Of a stretch of DNA of 64,000 nt, positions 1-10,523 are shown piece after piece (the first letter of the stretch is position 1; each line of letters begins with the position of its first letter). This DNA comes from an uncultured Thiotrichaceae bacterium (GTDB lineage Bacteria > Pseudomonadota > Gammaproteobacteria > SZUA-229). Below the pieces are notes generated by a model. It was not told the DNA's origin and searched no databases. It was given only the letters and a program-made list of their open reading frames with translations. A program made the translations under genes and the position numbers. The stretch lies in contig CAZHEA010000008.1 in the NCBI GenBank assembly GCA_964531165.1, positions 140-64,139 on the forward strand, written 5' to 3'.

Positions 1-622
1 CGGCGCCATCGCTGAAGAAGCCGCTCGTTGTGGTATGCCTTTCGTTAATCACCGTTGGTTAGGTGGTATGTTGACTAACTTCAACACAGTGCGTCAGTCT
101 ATCCGTCGTCTTAAAGAACTAGAAACCATGTCTACAGATGGTTCATTTGACAAGATGATCAAAAAAGAAGCCTTAACCAGAACCCGTGAAATGGAAAAAC
201 TTGATAAAACCTTAGGTGGTATCAAGGACATGGGCGGCCTGCCTGATGCGGTTTTTGTTATCGATACAGGTAATGAAAGCATTGCAGTTCACGAAGCGAA
301 AGTTTTAGGTATTCCTACTATCGGTGTAGTTGATACAAATAACTCACCTGACGATGTTGATTACATTGTTCCGGGTAACGATGACGCGATTCGTTCTATT
401 AAGCTTTATATCGAAGCGGTTGCTGATGCAATCATCGAAGGTAAAGCTGCATCACTAAATATTGGTGCTGCCGAAGCAGAAGATGAAGTTGCGGCTAAAA
501 AGCCAGCGCCTAAAAAGAAGGCAGCAGCAAAGAAAAAAGCGGCTCCTAAAACAGAAGCTGCATCTGAAGAAGCCGCACCTAAGGAAGAAGTTGCTGAAGC
601 AGCACCGGCTGAAGATAAGTAA
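1..622 (+). CDS. rpsB: 30S ribosomal protein S2, 5'-truncated by the window edge
   Basis: The frame is open from the window edge. The translation [19 protein letters not shown]...VFVIDT...[10 protein letters not shown]...[11 protein letters not shown] is the conserved bS2 core. tsf follows, as in the canonical operon. The ORF ends in a Lys/Ala/Glu/Pro-rich tail. Confidence 0.95.
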   Translation, partial: GAIAEEAARCGMPFVNHRWLGGMLTNFNTVRQSIRRLKELETMSTDGSFDKMIKKEALTRTREMEKLDKTLGGIKDMGGLPDAVFVIDTGNESIAVHEAKVLGIPTIGVVDTNNSPDDVDYIVPGNDDAIRSIKLYIEAVADAIIEGKAASLNIGAAEAEDEVAAKKPAPKKKAAAKKKAAPKTEAASEEAAPKEEVAEAAPAEDK

Positions 623-745
623 TCTGATAAGAGCAGGCCTGAGTGCCTGTTCTTATTCTCATTCATTATATTTAAGAATGAGACTGCAAATAATCGAACA
701 GGTGTAACCTGTTTCTACGAATAAATATTTAATGAGGTGAATACT

Positions 746-1624
746 ATGCAGATTACAGCTGCCATGGTTAAAGAATTACGTGAGCGCACCGGCTCCGGTA
801 TGATGGAATGCAAACGCGCATTACAGGAAGTAGACGGCGATTTAGAAACAGCCATTGAAAATATGCGCAAATCAGGTCTGGCAAAAGCTGACAAAAAAGC
901 CAACCGTACAGCCGCTGAAGGTTTAGTGGGTATAGCATTAAGCGATGATAAAAAACAGTCTGCTATTGTAGAAATTAACTGCGAAACTGATTTTGTTTCC
1001 GGTGGTGATGAATTTAAAGCATTCACAAATGCGGTTGCTGCATGTGTGCTGGCTAACTCGCCGGCAGATGTTGAAGCATTAGGTGAAATGACATTAGACG
1101 ATGGCAAGACCATTGAAGAAACCCGTCAGGGTATGGTTGCTAAAATCGGTGAAAATATCCAGGTGCGTCGTTTTGAGCGCAAGTCTACTGACGGTGCATT
1201 TGGTTCATATAACCACGGCGTTCGTATGGGCGTGCTGGTTGAGCTAAGCAAAGATGATGGTGATCTCATTAAAGATATCGCTATGCACATTGCGGCAACT
1301 AATCCGACCTGTGTAGCAGAAGCGGATGTGCCTGAAGAAATGCTGGCAAAAGAAAAAGATATACTGGTTGCTCAAGCTAAAGAAAGTGGCAAACCGGATG
1401 ATATTATCGAAAAGATGATTGGTGGACGTATTCGTAAGTATCTTGCGGAAATAACCTTAGTGGGTCAGCCATTTGTTAAAGACCCGGACCAGACAGTTGC
1501 ACAGCTGCTGAAGTCTAAAGGTGCAGAAGTTAATAGCTTTACGCGCTTTGAAGTGGGTGAAGGTATTGAGAAGAAAGTCGAGAATTTCGCCGATGAAGTA
1601 ATGGCCCAAATAAACGCAACCTAA
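746..1624 (+). CDS. tsf: Elongation factor Ts
   Basis: MQITAAMVKELRERTGSGMMECKRAL matches the EF-Ts N-terminus. GAGG at 734-737 precedes ATG 746, so the track start (GTG 737) is probably 3 codons too long. Confidence 0.95.
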   Translation: MQITAAMVKELRERTGSGMMECKRALQEVDGDLETAIENMRKSGLAKADKKANRTAAEGLVGIALSDDKKQSAIVEINCETDFVSGGDEFKAFTNAVAACVLANSPADVEALGEMTLDDGKTIEETRQGMVAKIGENIQVRRFERKSTDGAFGSYNHGVRMGVLVELSKDDGDLIKDIAMHIAATNPTCVAEADVPEEMLAKEKDILVAQAKESGKPDDIIEKMIGGRIRKYLAEITLVGQPFVKDPDQTVAQLLKSKGAEVNSFTRFEVGEGIEKKVENFADEVMAQINAT

Positions 1625-1625
1625 A

Positions 1626-1746
1626 AATAATGATTCAGCTTGCTCCTGTGTGCACGCAGCTCTTCGTTAGAAAATGGACACATACACTTGTATGCTTACA
1701 TTTTCTGCCTTGATCTGCGCACACAGGAACAACCTGAGCCATTATT
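1626..1746. repeat. Long imperfect inverted repeat (arms of about 50 bp, loop of about 20 nt) downstream of tsf
   Basis: The left arm aataatgattcagcttgctcctgtgtgcacgcag...gaaaatg pairs with the right arm cattttctgcc...ctgcgcacacaggaacaacctgagccattatt. The core CCTGTGTGC / GCACACAGG and the termini AATAATG / CATTATT are complementary. Confidence 0.6.
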
Positions 1747-1786
1747 AAGTACTGGTTAGTAGTTTGAGTATTCAGGGATGACTAAA

Positions 1787-1811
1787 GGCCGGGATTTTTT
1801 CCCGGTTTTTT
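1787..1811 (+). terminator. Rho-independent terminator of rpsB-tsf
   Basis: Stem CCGGG (1789-1793) pairs with CCCGG (1801-1805) and is followed by TTTTTT (1806-1811). Confidence 0.75.
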
Positions 1812-1902
1812 GTGTGTAAGGGAAGTGTACATTAATACTGTAGGAGCGGTCTTCAGATCGTGATTGGCGGCATAATAATCATAAAAATTGGACATAATAA
1901 CA

Positions 1903-2628
1903 ATGAGCAATTCAAAATCTGTTTATAAGCGCGTTTTATTAAAGTTAAGCGGTGAAGCATTACAGGGTTCACAGGAATCCGGTATTGATCCTGCTACTAT
2001 CAAACGTGTTGCAAAAGAGGTAAAACAGGTTGTTGATTTAGGTATTGAAGTCGGTATTGTTATTGGCGCGGGTAATATTTTTCGCGGTGCCGGCCTGGCT
2101 GAAGCAGGCATGGACAGAGTGACCGGCGATCACATGGGAATGCTGGCAACCGTAATGAATTGTCTGGCATTGCAGGATGCAGTTGAACGGGAAGGTCCGA
2201 GCTGCCGGGTCATGTCTGCATTGAGTATTCATCAGGTGTGTGAAGATTATGTGCGCCGGCGTGCGATTCGCCATCTTGAAAAAGGTCGGGTCGTTATCTT
2301 CGGTGCAGGCACTGGCAATCCATTTTTCACAACCGACAGTGCGGGTGCGCTACGTGCAATCGAAATTGAAGCGGATGTTTTAGTTAAGGCAACTAAAGTC
2401 GATGGTATTTACGATTCGGATCCAATGAAAAATCCGGATGCGAAACGTTTTGACACACTGACGTATGATGAAGTGCTGGTGAAAAATTTAGCAGTAATGG
2501 ATGCCACTGCCATTGTTTTATGTAAAGAGCAGAGTATGCCGCTGCGTATCTTTAATTTAAATGAATCCGGTGATCTGGTACGTGCAATGACAGATAAGTC
2601 GATTGGTACATCAGTTGTACCGGCATAA
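1903..2628 (+). CDS. pyrH: UMP kinase
   Basis: [14 protein letters not shown] and GAGNIFRG motifs, and the tsf-pyrH-frr synteny. ATG 1903 is preferred over the TTG 1888 used in the track. Confidence 0.95.
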   Translation: MSNSKSVYKRVLLKLSGEALQGSQESGIDPATIKRVAKEVKQVVDLGIEVGIVIGAGNIFRGAGLAEAGMDRVTGDHMGMLATVMNCLALQDAVEREGPSCRVMSALSIHQVCEDYVRRRAIRHLEKGRVVIFGAGTGNPFFTTDSAGALRAIEIEADVLVKATKVDGIYDSDPMKNPDAKRFDTLTYDEVLVKNLAVMDATAIVLCKEQSMPLRIFNLNESGDLVRAMTDKSIGTSVVPA

Positions 2629-2659
2629 TAGTCTTCAAAAATAGTTTGGGAGAAATACA

Positions 2660-3217
2660 ATGATTGATGAAATAATCCAGGACGCACAAACACGTATGAG
2701 TAAAAGCGTGGATTCCCTGAGAACTGAACTAACAAAAATTCGTACCGGCCGTGCACATCCCAGCTTGCTAGATCAGGTGATGGTAGATTATTACGGCAGC
2801 ATGACACCCATTAAACAGGTGGCGAATGTAGTCGCAGAAGATTCAAGAACACTGGCGGTAACCCCCTGGGAGAAACCGATGGTAGGTGCCATTGAAAAAG
2901 CCATTATGACGGCTAATCTGGGTTTAAATCCTGCATCGCAGGGCACGGTGATTCGCGTGCCAATGCCGATGTTAACTGAAGAGCGTCGCCGTGATTTAGT
3001 TAAGGTTGTTAAATCTGAAGGTGAAGCAGGTAAAGTTGCGGTGAGAAATATTCGTCGTGATGCTAATAGTGATTTTAAAGATCTTCTAAAAGAGAAAGAA
3101 ATATCAGAAGACGAAGCCCGTAATGCGGAAGAGGGTGTTCAAAAATTAACCGATAAATATGTTGCTGAAATTGATAAATTGCTGGAAGCAAAAGAAAAGG
3201 AAATGATGGAAATTTAG
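2660..3217 (+). CDS. frr: Ribosome recycling factor
   Basis: 185 aa. [11 protein letters not shown]...V..YG and the IRRDAN motif are typical of Frr, and the synteny fits. Confidence 0.95.
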   Translation: MIDEIIQDAQTRMSKSVDSLRTELTKIRTGRAHPSLLDQVMVDYYGSMTPIKQVANVVAEDSRTLAVTPWEKPMVGAIEKAIMTANLGLNPASQGTVIRVPMPMLTEERRRDLVKVVKSEGEAGKVAVRNIRRDANSDFKDLLKEKEISEDEARNAEEGVQKLTDKYVAEIDKLLEAKEKEMMEI

Positions 3218-3255
3218 TTTTTTCATCTGATACTTTAAGGTTTAATATTAAATAA

Positions 3256-4026
3256 ATGTCAGTTACCTCAATTAAGCAAACAGAGCAGGACAACGACCGG
3301 CCAAAACATATTGTCGTGGTTATGGATGGTAATGGTCGTTGGGCAAAGAAACGTTTAATGCCACGCACTGCCGGGCATCATGCAGGTGTCAAAGCTACGC
3401 GCAATATAGTAGAAAATGCGATTAAAGAAAAAATACAGGCGTTAACGTTATTTGCTTTTAGTAGTGAAAACTGGAAGCGTCCTGAGCAGGAAGTCAGTAG
3501 TCTGATGGCGCTGTTTGTTTCTACATTGCAATCCGAAGTTAAATCATTACATAAACAAGACGTGCGAATACGCTTTATTGGCGAGTGCGGTGCGTTTTCT
3601 GAAAAATTACAGAAACAGATTAAGTCTGCAAAAGAACTCACCGAAAATAATACAGGTCTACAATTAAATATTGCAGTTAATTACGGCGGGCGCTGGGATA
3701 TTGCGCAAGCCTGTAAAGCTATTGTTAAAAAAATTCAGCTCGGTGAGTTGCAGGTTACAGATATTGATGCCGAGCTAATTGATGATTACGTTTGTTTAAC
3801 CGAGTTACCGGAACCGGATTTATTTATTCGTACCGGTGGTGAGATGCGTATTAGTAATTTTTTAATCTGGCAGCTCGCGTATACTGAATTATATTTCTCA
3901 GATGTGCTCTGGCCTGATTTTAAGTCAGATGAATTTTCAGCCGCTTTAAACTGGTATGCTACTCGTCAGCGACGCTTTGGCAAAACCGGTGAGCAGGTTG
4001 AACCAACACAAACTCAACAGGTTTAA
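3256..4026 (+). CDS. uppS: Undecaprenyl diphosphate synthase
   Basis: HIVVVMDGNGRWA, FSSENWKRP and RTGGE.RISNFL.WQ cis-prenyltransferase motifs. Confidence 0.95.
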   Translation: MSVTSIKQTEQDNDRPKHIVVVMDGNGRWAKKRLMPRTAGHHAGVKATRNIVENAIKEKIQALTLFAFSSENWKRPEQEVSSLMALFVSTLQSEVKSLHKQDVRIRFIGECGAFSEKLQKQIKSAKELTENNTGLQLNIAVNYGGRWDIAQACKAIVKKIQLGELQVTDIDAELIDDYVCLTELPEPDLFIRTGGEMRISNFLIWQLAYTELYFSDVLWPDFKSDEFSAALNWYATRQRRFGKTGEQVEPTQTQQV

Positions 4027-4032
4027 TGCGTA

Positions 4033-4851
4033 ATGCTTAAACAACGAGTGTTAACTGCAATTCCTCTGGCTGCCCTGGTTGTCTGGAGTATTCTCACCCA
4101 GTCTGAAGTTGTTATATTTAACTCGTTGCTGGTAATGATACTGATTTCAGGTTGGGAGTGGGCCAGATTAAGCGGTATTGAAAATGTTTTTCTACGAATT
4201 ATTTATGCGGGTGCTATTGCCATAGCTGCATATTTTTCACAGATAGCATTGGCCGGCCATACTCAGTGGTTAAATATAGTATTGAGTGTAATGATTCTGG
4301 TTTGGCTATATGCTATTTATCAGATGTTATCGAAGGGCCCGCAACCGGTTAATCAATCTTTATCGGTGGCTAAATTAATATTTGGTTTTTTAGCATTGAT
4401 TGCTCCGGTTATTGCATTAATGTCTGTGCGTGCTGAAAGCGCACAATGGTTGTTTTATTGTCTGAGTATTGTCTGGATTGCGGATATAGGTGCTTATTTC
4501 TCAGGTAAGCGTTTTGGTAAAACCAAACTGGCGCCTGGACTCAGTCCGGGGAAAACCAGAGAAGGTCTGTACGGAGCAATTTTTGCCACCACAATTTATA
4601 GTATTCTTGCGGGCCTGCTTTTTGAGTTATCCGTCTTTGAAGTTTTTCTATTAATTATTATCACTATTCTAGCGGCATTAATTTCTGTTGCTGGCGACCT
4701 GTTTGTTAGCTTGTTAAAACGGGAAAAAGATTTAAAAGATACGGGTAATATATTGCCGGGACATGGCGGAATTCTAGATCGAATAGATAGTGTTTTGACA
4801 TCTGCTCCTTTACTGGCGTTGTTATTAAATCTGGTGGTTTTTAATGTCTAG
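4033..4851 (+). CDS. cdsA: Phosphatidate cytidylyltransferase
   Basis: Multi-TM protein with the SGKRFGKTKLAPGLSPGKTREG signature and a GHGGILDRIDS C-terminal motif. Confidence 0.9.
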   Translation: MLKQRVLTAIPLAALVVWSILTQSEVVIFNSLLVMILISGWEWARLSGIENVFLRIIYAGAIAIAAYFSQIALAGHTQWLNIVLSVMILVWLYAIYQMLSKGPQPVNQSLSVAKLIFGFLALIAPVIALMSVRAESAQWLFYCLSIVWIADIGAYFSGKRFGKTKLAPGLSPGKTREGLYGAIFATTIYSILAGLLFELSVFEVFLLIIITILAALISVAGDLFVSLLKREKDLKDTGNILPGHGGILDRIDSVLTSAPLLALLLNLVVFNV

Positions 4852-6049
4852 CCAGTTTAATTTACAGGGTGTTTGTATTCTAGGCTCCACCGGTACAATT
4901 GGGGTGAATACGCTGGATGTTATTAAGCGTCATGCTGACCGTTATAAAGTTATTGCGCTAACCGCTAATAAGGCGGATGAAAAACTATTTCAGCAGTGTG
5001 TTGAGTTTAATCCATTGTATGCAGTGTTGGTAAATGCTGATGCGGCACAGCGCCTTGAGTTGAAACTTGAACAAGCAGGTATAAATACAGAAGTTTTATA
5101 CGGTGTTAAGTCTTTAGAGAAAGTAGCCGGCCTCGATGAAGTTGATCAGGTTATGGCCGCAATTGTGGGTGCGGCGGGTTTATTGCCGACACTGGCTGCG
5201 GCTCGAGCAGGTAAGCGTATTTTACTGGCTAATAAAGAAGCACTGGTTATGTCCGGTGATATTTTTATGAAAGAAGTTGAAAAGCACAATGCAGAGCTAT
5301 TACCCATTGATTCCGAGCATAACGCGATTTTTCAATGTATGCCTGTACACTTTGATTCAGGCTTGCAGCAGGTTGGTGTAAATAAAATATTACTAACCGC
5401 CAGTGGTGGTCCTTTTAGAACTCGTGATATTGACTCATTGCATAATGTGACGCCTGCAGAAGCGGTGGCTCATCCTAACTGGGTGATGGGGCAAAAAATT
5501 TCTGTTGATTCGGCAACCATGATGAATAAGGGGCTGGAAGTAATAGAAGCTTGCTGGTTATTTAAAACTGAGCCTTCAATGATTCAGGTGGTATTGCATT
5601 CACAAAGTATTATACATTCAATGGTGAGTTATACGGATGGTTCTGTGCTGGCTCAAATGGGCAATCCGGATATGCGAACGCCAATTGCACATGCGATGGC
5701 CTGGCCGCAAAGAATGCCTTCAGGTGTTGAACCTTTAGATATTTTTGAGGTCGCAAAGCTGGAGTTTGAAAAACCTGATTTTATACGCTTTCCCTGTCTG
5801 GCTATGGCATACGAGGCGCTTAATGAGGGGGGGACGGCAACCGCTACTTTAAATGCGGCAAATGAAATTGCCGTTGATGCTTTTTTAAATAAACAATTAA
5901 GTTTTACAAATATATCCAGAGTAATAGAAAAAACACTGGAACAATCAAAAAATGTTGAGGCAGAAAATTTGCAAATTATATTAGATGCTGATGCAGATGC
6001 TCGTCAGGTATCCACCGACTGGGTAAAAAAGCTGGAGTTTAATCGATGA
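4844..6049 (+). CDS. dxr: 1-deoxy-D-xylulose 5-phosphate reductoisomerase
   Basis: ILGSTGTIG NADPH site, LANKEAL, IDSEHNAIFQC and HPNW.MG motifs. It overlaps cdsA by 8 nt. Confidence 0.95.
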   Translation: MSSQFNLQGVCILGSTGTIGVNTLDVIKRHADRYKVIALTANKADEKLFQQCVEFNPLYAVLVNADAAQRLELKLEQAGINTEVLYGVKSLEKVAGLDEVDQVMAAIVGAAGLLPTLAAARAGKRILLANKEALVMSGDIFMKEVEKHNAELLPIDSEHNAIFQCMPVHFDSGLQQVGVNKILLTASGGPFRTRDIDSLHNVTPAEAVAHPNWVMGQKISVDSATMMNKGLEVIEACWLFKTEPSMIQVVLHSQSIIHSMVSYTDGSVLAQMGNPDMRTPIAHAMAWPQRMPSGVEPLDIFEVAKLEFEKPDFIRFPCLAMAYEALNEGGTATATLNAANEIAVDAFLNKQLSFTNISRVIEKTLEQSKNVEAENLQIILDADADARQVSTDWVKKLEFNR

Positions 6050-7419
6050 GTGGTGGTGTTTTACATAACTTGTTTTTCTTTATAGTCGCAATTGGTGTAC
6101 TAGTTGCGTTTCATGAGTTTGGTCATTACTGGGTAGCACGTTTATTAAAAGTAAAAGTGTTACGTTTTTCCATTGGATTTGGTAAGCCATTGTTTACCTG
6201 GAAAAAACAAAGAGGTGAAGACCTGATTGAGTTCGTGGTTGCTGCTATTCCATTGGGTGGCTATGTAAAAATGCTCGATGAAAGAGAAGGTGAAGTTGAC
6301 GAGTCGTTAAGGCATCGCGCTTTTAATACACAACCTGTGGCAACCCGTTTTGCTATTGTTGCTGCCGGCCCGATATTCAATTTTATTCTCGCCGCCTTTT
6401 TCTATTTTATTTTTTTTCTCAATGGTGAAGATGGTATACGGCCAGTTATAGCGACACCGGATATTGAGTCGGTTGCTGCTCAGGCAGGGTTTAAAGATGG
6501 CGATGAAATTCTTTCACTGGGAGATACGCAGGTCAAAACCTGGCAGGCCTTTCGAATTGCATTGATTGATCAGGGTATAGATGGCGGCACTTTATCGGTC
6601 ACAGTTAAAGATGCTGGTCTTTCTATTATCGATCGGCAGGTTTCGATTGGTGATATACATATCCTTAATGAGAAGCAGGATGTAACTGAGCTACTGGGCT
6701 TTAAACTTTGGAAGCCGCAAGTCCCCGCACAAATTGGTGGCATTACCCCGGATAGCGCTTCAGCTGATGCGGGTTTGCAGGCAAAAGATCAGGTCGTCTC
6801 TATTGATGGGCAAGCGGTTGAGAGCTGGCAGGCACTGGTAGAGATAGTTCAAAATAGTGCAGGTAAGTCGCTTGATTTTGTGGTGCTTCGTGATGGTGTT
6901 GAGCATTCATTCGCGCTTACGCCAAGAGAGAAAGATAATGGTGAAAAAATTATTGGATTTATGGGAGCCTATCCAGAAATTTCTGCTGAGGTTATCAATA
7001 AAACCAGAACCAGAGTAGAGTACAGTCCGCTTGGTGCGCTGCTGCGCGGGGTGCAGGAAACCTGGTTATTTTCTACATTAACATTAAAAGTGTTAGGTAA
7101 AATGCTGGTTGGCGAAGCTGCATTGGAGAATATATCCGGGCCGATAACGATTGCACAGTACGCGGGAATTACAGCGAGTATTGGTGTCTTTACATATATA
7201 AAGTTTTTGGCAATGATATCGGTTAGTTTGGGTGTTTTAAACCTGCTACCTGTACCCATGCTGGATGGTGGGCATTTAATGTATTATCTGATTGAAATTG
7301 TTAAAGGATCACCTGTTTCACAAAAATTTGAAGAGCTAGGGCAGAGGCTGGGGCTGACATTATTATTTTTATTAATGAGTCTGGCTATTTTTAATGATAT
7401 ACAGCGTTTAATTAATTAA
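6046..7419 (+). CDS. rseP: RIP zinc metalloprotease RseP
   Basis: HEFGHY zinc site, a central PDZ-like region, and the NLLPVPMLDGGH motif. ATGA overlap with dxr. Confidence 0.95.
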   Translation: MSGGVLHNLFFFIVAIGVLVAFHEFGHYWVARLLKVKVLRFSIGFGKPLFTWKKQRGEDLIEFVVAAIPLGGYVKMLDEREGEVDESLRHRAFNTQPVATRFAIVAAGPIFNFILAAFFYFIFFLNGEDGIRPVIATPDIESVAAQAGFKDGDEILSLGDTQVKTWQAFRIALIDQGIDGGTLSVTVKDAGLSIIDRQVSIGDIHILNEKQDVTELLGFKLWKPQVPAQIGGITPDSASADAGLQAKDQVVSIDGQAVESWQALVEIVQNSAGKSLDFVVLRDGVEHSFALTPREKDNGEKIIGFMGAYPEISAEVINKTRTRVEYSPLGALLRGVQETWLFSTLTLKVLGKMLVGEAALENISGPITIAQYAGITASIGVFTYIKFLAMISVSLGVLNLLPVPMLDGGHLMYYLIEIVKGSPVSQKFEELGQRLGLTLLFLLMSLAIFNDIQRLIN

Positions 7420-7452
7420 GCGTTGTTTTAAACATATTTATTTGGCGAAATT

Positions 7453-9825
7453 GTGCGCAGTTTATTATTTCTAATTTTTACTTTTTTGTTTCAGCAAAAT
7501 TTATATGCTGATAGTAGCTTTGTTGTGGATGATATTCGTCTGGAAGGGCTTGAGCGTATTCCCGATGGTACATTATTAAATTACTTACCCCTTAAAGTTG
7601 GTGATCCGCTCAATTACTCAGAGTCAACGTATGTCATTCAGGAACTGTATAACACCGGGTTTTTCAAAGATGTAAAGCTCTTAAGAGATGGAAATACTCT
7701 GGTTGTTCGGGTTTTAGAGCGACCGGCTATTTCAAATATTACCTGGTCAGGTAATAGCGATATTGAAGATGAGCAGCTGGAAGAAATACTGACTGATATT
7801 GGTATCGTAAAAGGCAGGGTGTTTAATCCGTCTGCATTAGACAAAATAGAGCAGGGTTTGAAACAGCAGGCGTATTTTAGTCGCGGAAAGTATGCAGTGC
7901 GCATCGTAACGGCTGTAAAAGAGCTGGAACGTAATCGTGTTGATATTGATATTGAAATTTCTGAAGGTGTCATCGCAAAAATAAAACAGGTGAATATCGT
8001 TGGTAATAGCGTGTTTAATGACGATACGTTACTGTCTGAAATTCAGCTGGGTATTCCTGGAACCTGGGATTTTTTCTCCAGTATGGATGAGTATGCAAAG
8101 CCTAAGCTGGCTGCCGATGAAGAAACCTTAAAGTCATATTATCAGGACAGGGGCTACGTGCGGTTTGCAGTTGCATCAACACAGGTAACGATTACACCGG
8201 ATAAAAAAGACATTTACATTACAATGAATGTGACTGAAGGTAAAAAATATACCGTTAAAAAAGTCATACTGTCAGGTGACCTGAAGCTTGATGAGGAAGA
8301 GCTTAGACGATTGATTTTTGTCGAAAATGGTGATGTTTTTTCACGTAATAAAATGGTTCAGGGAAAAGACTTTGTGCAGAAGCGACTGGGTAATGAAGGT
8401 TACTCGTTTGCGAAGGTTAAAGTGATACCGGTCATTGATGATGAAAACCTGCAAGTCGAACTCAGTTACTTCGTTAACCCTGGAAAAAAAGTTTATGTAA
8501 GAAGAATCAATTTTACGGGTAACTATAAAACCAATGATAATGTTTTACGTCGTGAAATGCGCTTAATGGAAGGTGGCGAGCTGTCTAATTCGAAGCTTAG
8601 TCGATCTAAAGTTCGCTTGCAGCGCCTTGCTTACATAGAGCAGGTTAATGTGAGTAAAGACCCTGTGCCGGGTACGGATGATTTAGTTGATGTTAACATT
8701 GAAGTAACGGAGCGTTTGGCAGGTAGTTTTAATATAGGTGCAGGTTTTTCGCAAAGTCAGGGCTTTGTATTTAATCTTGGTACAACGCTTGATAACTTGA
8801 ACGGTACGGGTGAAAAGCTTTCATTAAATCTGAATCGTGATGCGACAGGTGAAGCATATAGCATATCTTATACTGATCCTTATCATACCATTGATGGCAT
8901 CAGCCGTACTCTGGGTTTGTCTTATAGAAAGCGCGATACCGCATCGCAAAATATTGTTAATTATTTAGAAAATAATTATGGTGCAAATATCGCTTATGGA
9001 ATCCCGTTATCAGAGTTTGACCGGGTGCGTTTAGGTGTCGGTTATGAAGTTACAGAGATTATCCGCGGAAGCAATACGGTATCTGCTGATGTGCTTGATT
9101 TTATAGAGGAAAATGGCGGAGGTGCGATTGATGTCAATGGCGACTTTTTACAGGCAGATATTAGTGCCTTTACTATGCTCGCAAGCTATACCCATGACAC
9201 CAGAAATCGAACCGTCTTTGCTACCAGCGGTAATCGGCAATCAGTACTACTGGATTTAACAGCACCGGGTAGTGATTTAGAGTATTATAAACTTACTTAT
9301 CGAAATAAGTTTTATTTTCCGCTGAGTGACAGTGTCACAACCTTAATTCGAACGGATATAGCTTATGGATCAGCCTACGGCAGTACCAATCTCTATCCTT
9401 TTTATGAGCGGTTTTTTGCCGGTGGTTTAAGAACGGTTCGTGGATTTGATTCGAATTCTCTAGGGCCCAGAAATACCGGCACCGATAGCGAAGGTAATCA
9501 AATTGCCGTTGCACCTATTGGTGGTAATATTAGAACTGTTGGCAGCGCTGAGTTAATTTTCCCTGTGCCATTTATGGAAAAGCCACCTAGCTCTATACGC
9601 TTAAGCACGTTCTATGATATTGGTAATGTGTTTTTACAGGAAGATGTACTGGCTAATAATTACCGGGGCGGGTTTCGAGCGGGTGAGTTAAGGGCATCAT
9701 ACGGAATATCTTTTATCTGGCTTGCGCCAATTGGGCCGTTAAGGTTTAGCTATGCGCAAACTGTTAACGATCAGCCTGGTGATAGAAAGCAGGCGTTTCA
9801 ATTTAGTATAGGTTCATTCTTTTAG
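7453..9825 (+). CDS. bamA: Outer membrane protein assembly factor BamA
   Basis: Signal peptide, POTRA-type repeats, and a C-terminal barrel ending FQFSIGSFF. GTG start. Position after rseP fits. Confidence 0.95.
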   Translation: MRSLLFLIFTFLFQQNLYADSSFVVDDIRLEGLERIPDGTLLNYLPLKVGDPLNYSESTYVIQELYNTGFFKDVKLLRDGNTLVVRVLERPAISNITWSGNSDIEDEQLEEILTDIGIVKGRVFNPSALDKIEQGLKQQAYFSRGKYAVRIVTAVKELERNRVDIDIEISEGVIAKIKQVNIVGNSVFNDDTLLSEIQLGIPGTWDFFSSMDEYAKPKLAADEETLKSYYQDRGYVRFAVASTQVTITPDKKDIYITMNVTEGKKYTVKKVILSGDLKLDEEELRRLIFVENGDVFSRNKMVQGKDFVQKRLGNEGYSFAKVKVIPVIDDENLQVELSYFVNPGKKVYVRRINFTGNYKTNDNVLRREMRLMEGGELSNSKLSRSKVRLQRLAYIEQVNVSKDPVPGTDDLVDVNIEVTERLAGSFNIGAGFSQSQGFVFNLGTTLDNLNGTGEKLSLNLNRDATGEAYSISYTDPYHTIDGISRTLGLSYRKRDTASQNIVNYLENNYGANIAYGIPLSEFDRVRLGVGYEVTEIIRGSNTVSADVLDFIEENGGGAIDVNGDFLQADISAFTMLASYTHDTRNRTVFATSGNRQSVLLDLTAPGSDLEYYKLTYRNKFYFPLSDSVTTLIRTDIAYGSAYGSTNLYPFYERFFAGGLRTVRGFDSNSLGPRNTGTDSEGNQIAVAPIGGNIRTVGSAELIFPVPFMEKPPSSIRLSTFYDIGNVFLQEDVLANNYRGGFRAGELRASYGISFIWLAPIGPLRFSYAQTVNDQPGDRKQAFQFSIGSFF

Positions 9826-9836
9826 GAGATTTATAG

Positions 9837-10340
9837 ATGAAAAAAATCATATCAATTTTATTTTTGACAAGTGTTTTACTGGTGCCAGTATCTGCTTTCG
9901 CATTGAAAGTAGGGTATGTTAATGAAAATATTTTATTCAATGAGTACGCTAAAGCTAAAGGTGTTGAAAAGGCAATGGAGGCTAAATTTAGCGGCCCTAA
10001 AAAAGATCTTGATGATCAGCTTGTCGCAATAAAGGCGTTAGAAAAAGAAATTAAGACTAATGAATTGTTGATGACTGAAAGTAAATTAACATCATCTAAA
10101 GAAAATCTTAACAAAAAAATCATGATATACCGTCAAAAAGGCATGGCTTTAGAAAATGAGTTTAAGGCCATTCTTAATGAAGAGAGAAATATTTTCAGAG
10201 GTATAGTGATTGATGTGATGAAAAAATTTGCGGCTGAAAAAAAATATGACCTTATATTAAAGGATGGGGTTATGTTTGCTGCTGATAAAATAAATATAAC
10301 GGATGAAATTTCAAAACTGGTTAATAAGAAATCAAAATAG
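9837..10340 (+). CDS. skp: Periplasmic chaperone Skp (OmpH family)
   Basis: Signal peptide (LLVPVSAFA), a Lys/Glu-rich coiled-coil body, and 167 aa directly after bamA. Confidence 0.85.
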   Translation: MKKIISILFLTSVLLVPVSAFALKVGYVNENILFNEYAKAKGVEKAMEAKFSGPKKDLDDQLVAIKALEKEIKTNELLMTESKLTSSKENLNKKIMIYRQKGMALENEFKAILNEERNIFRGIVIDVMKKFAAEKKYDLILKDGVMFAADKINITDEISKLVNKKSK

Positions 10341-10523
10341 ATTATAAAGACTGTGTTTTGTATTTGCAGATTCGTCAGTCATAGTTTAATGGCCTGAGAT
10401 GCTAGTGTGAATGGCTGGTAGCGCAAGAGATATTCGTGCTATTATTATCTGCTATTGATTTAGTCTATAATATATTCGTAAATTGCTATTGATAAGAAGG
10501 TTAAAGGTGTTGTTTTGAACACA

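Noticed and set aside
406-707. Track ORFs 406..666 (-) and 462..707 (+), which overlap the end of rpsB
   Set aside because: They are Ala/Lys/Ser-rich translations of the same low-complexity repeat that encodes the S2 tail. They are shadow ORFs with no independent support.
10341-10514. Remnant of lpxD in the skp-fabZ spacer
   Set aside because: No frame shows hexapeptide-repeat-like translation, and the spacer is too short and AT-rich to support a pseudogene call.
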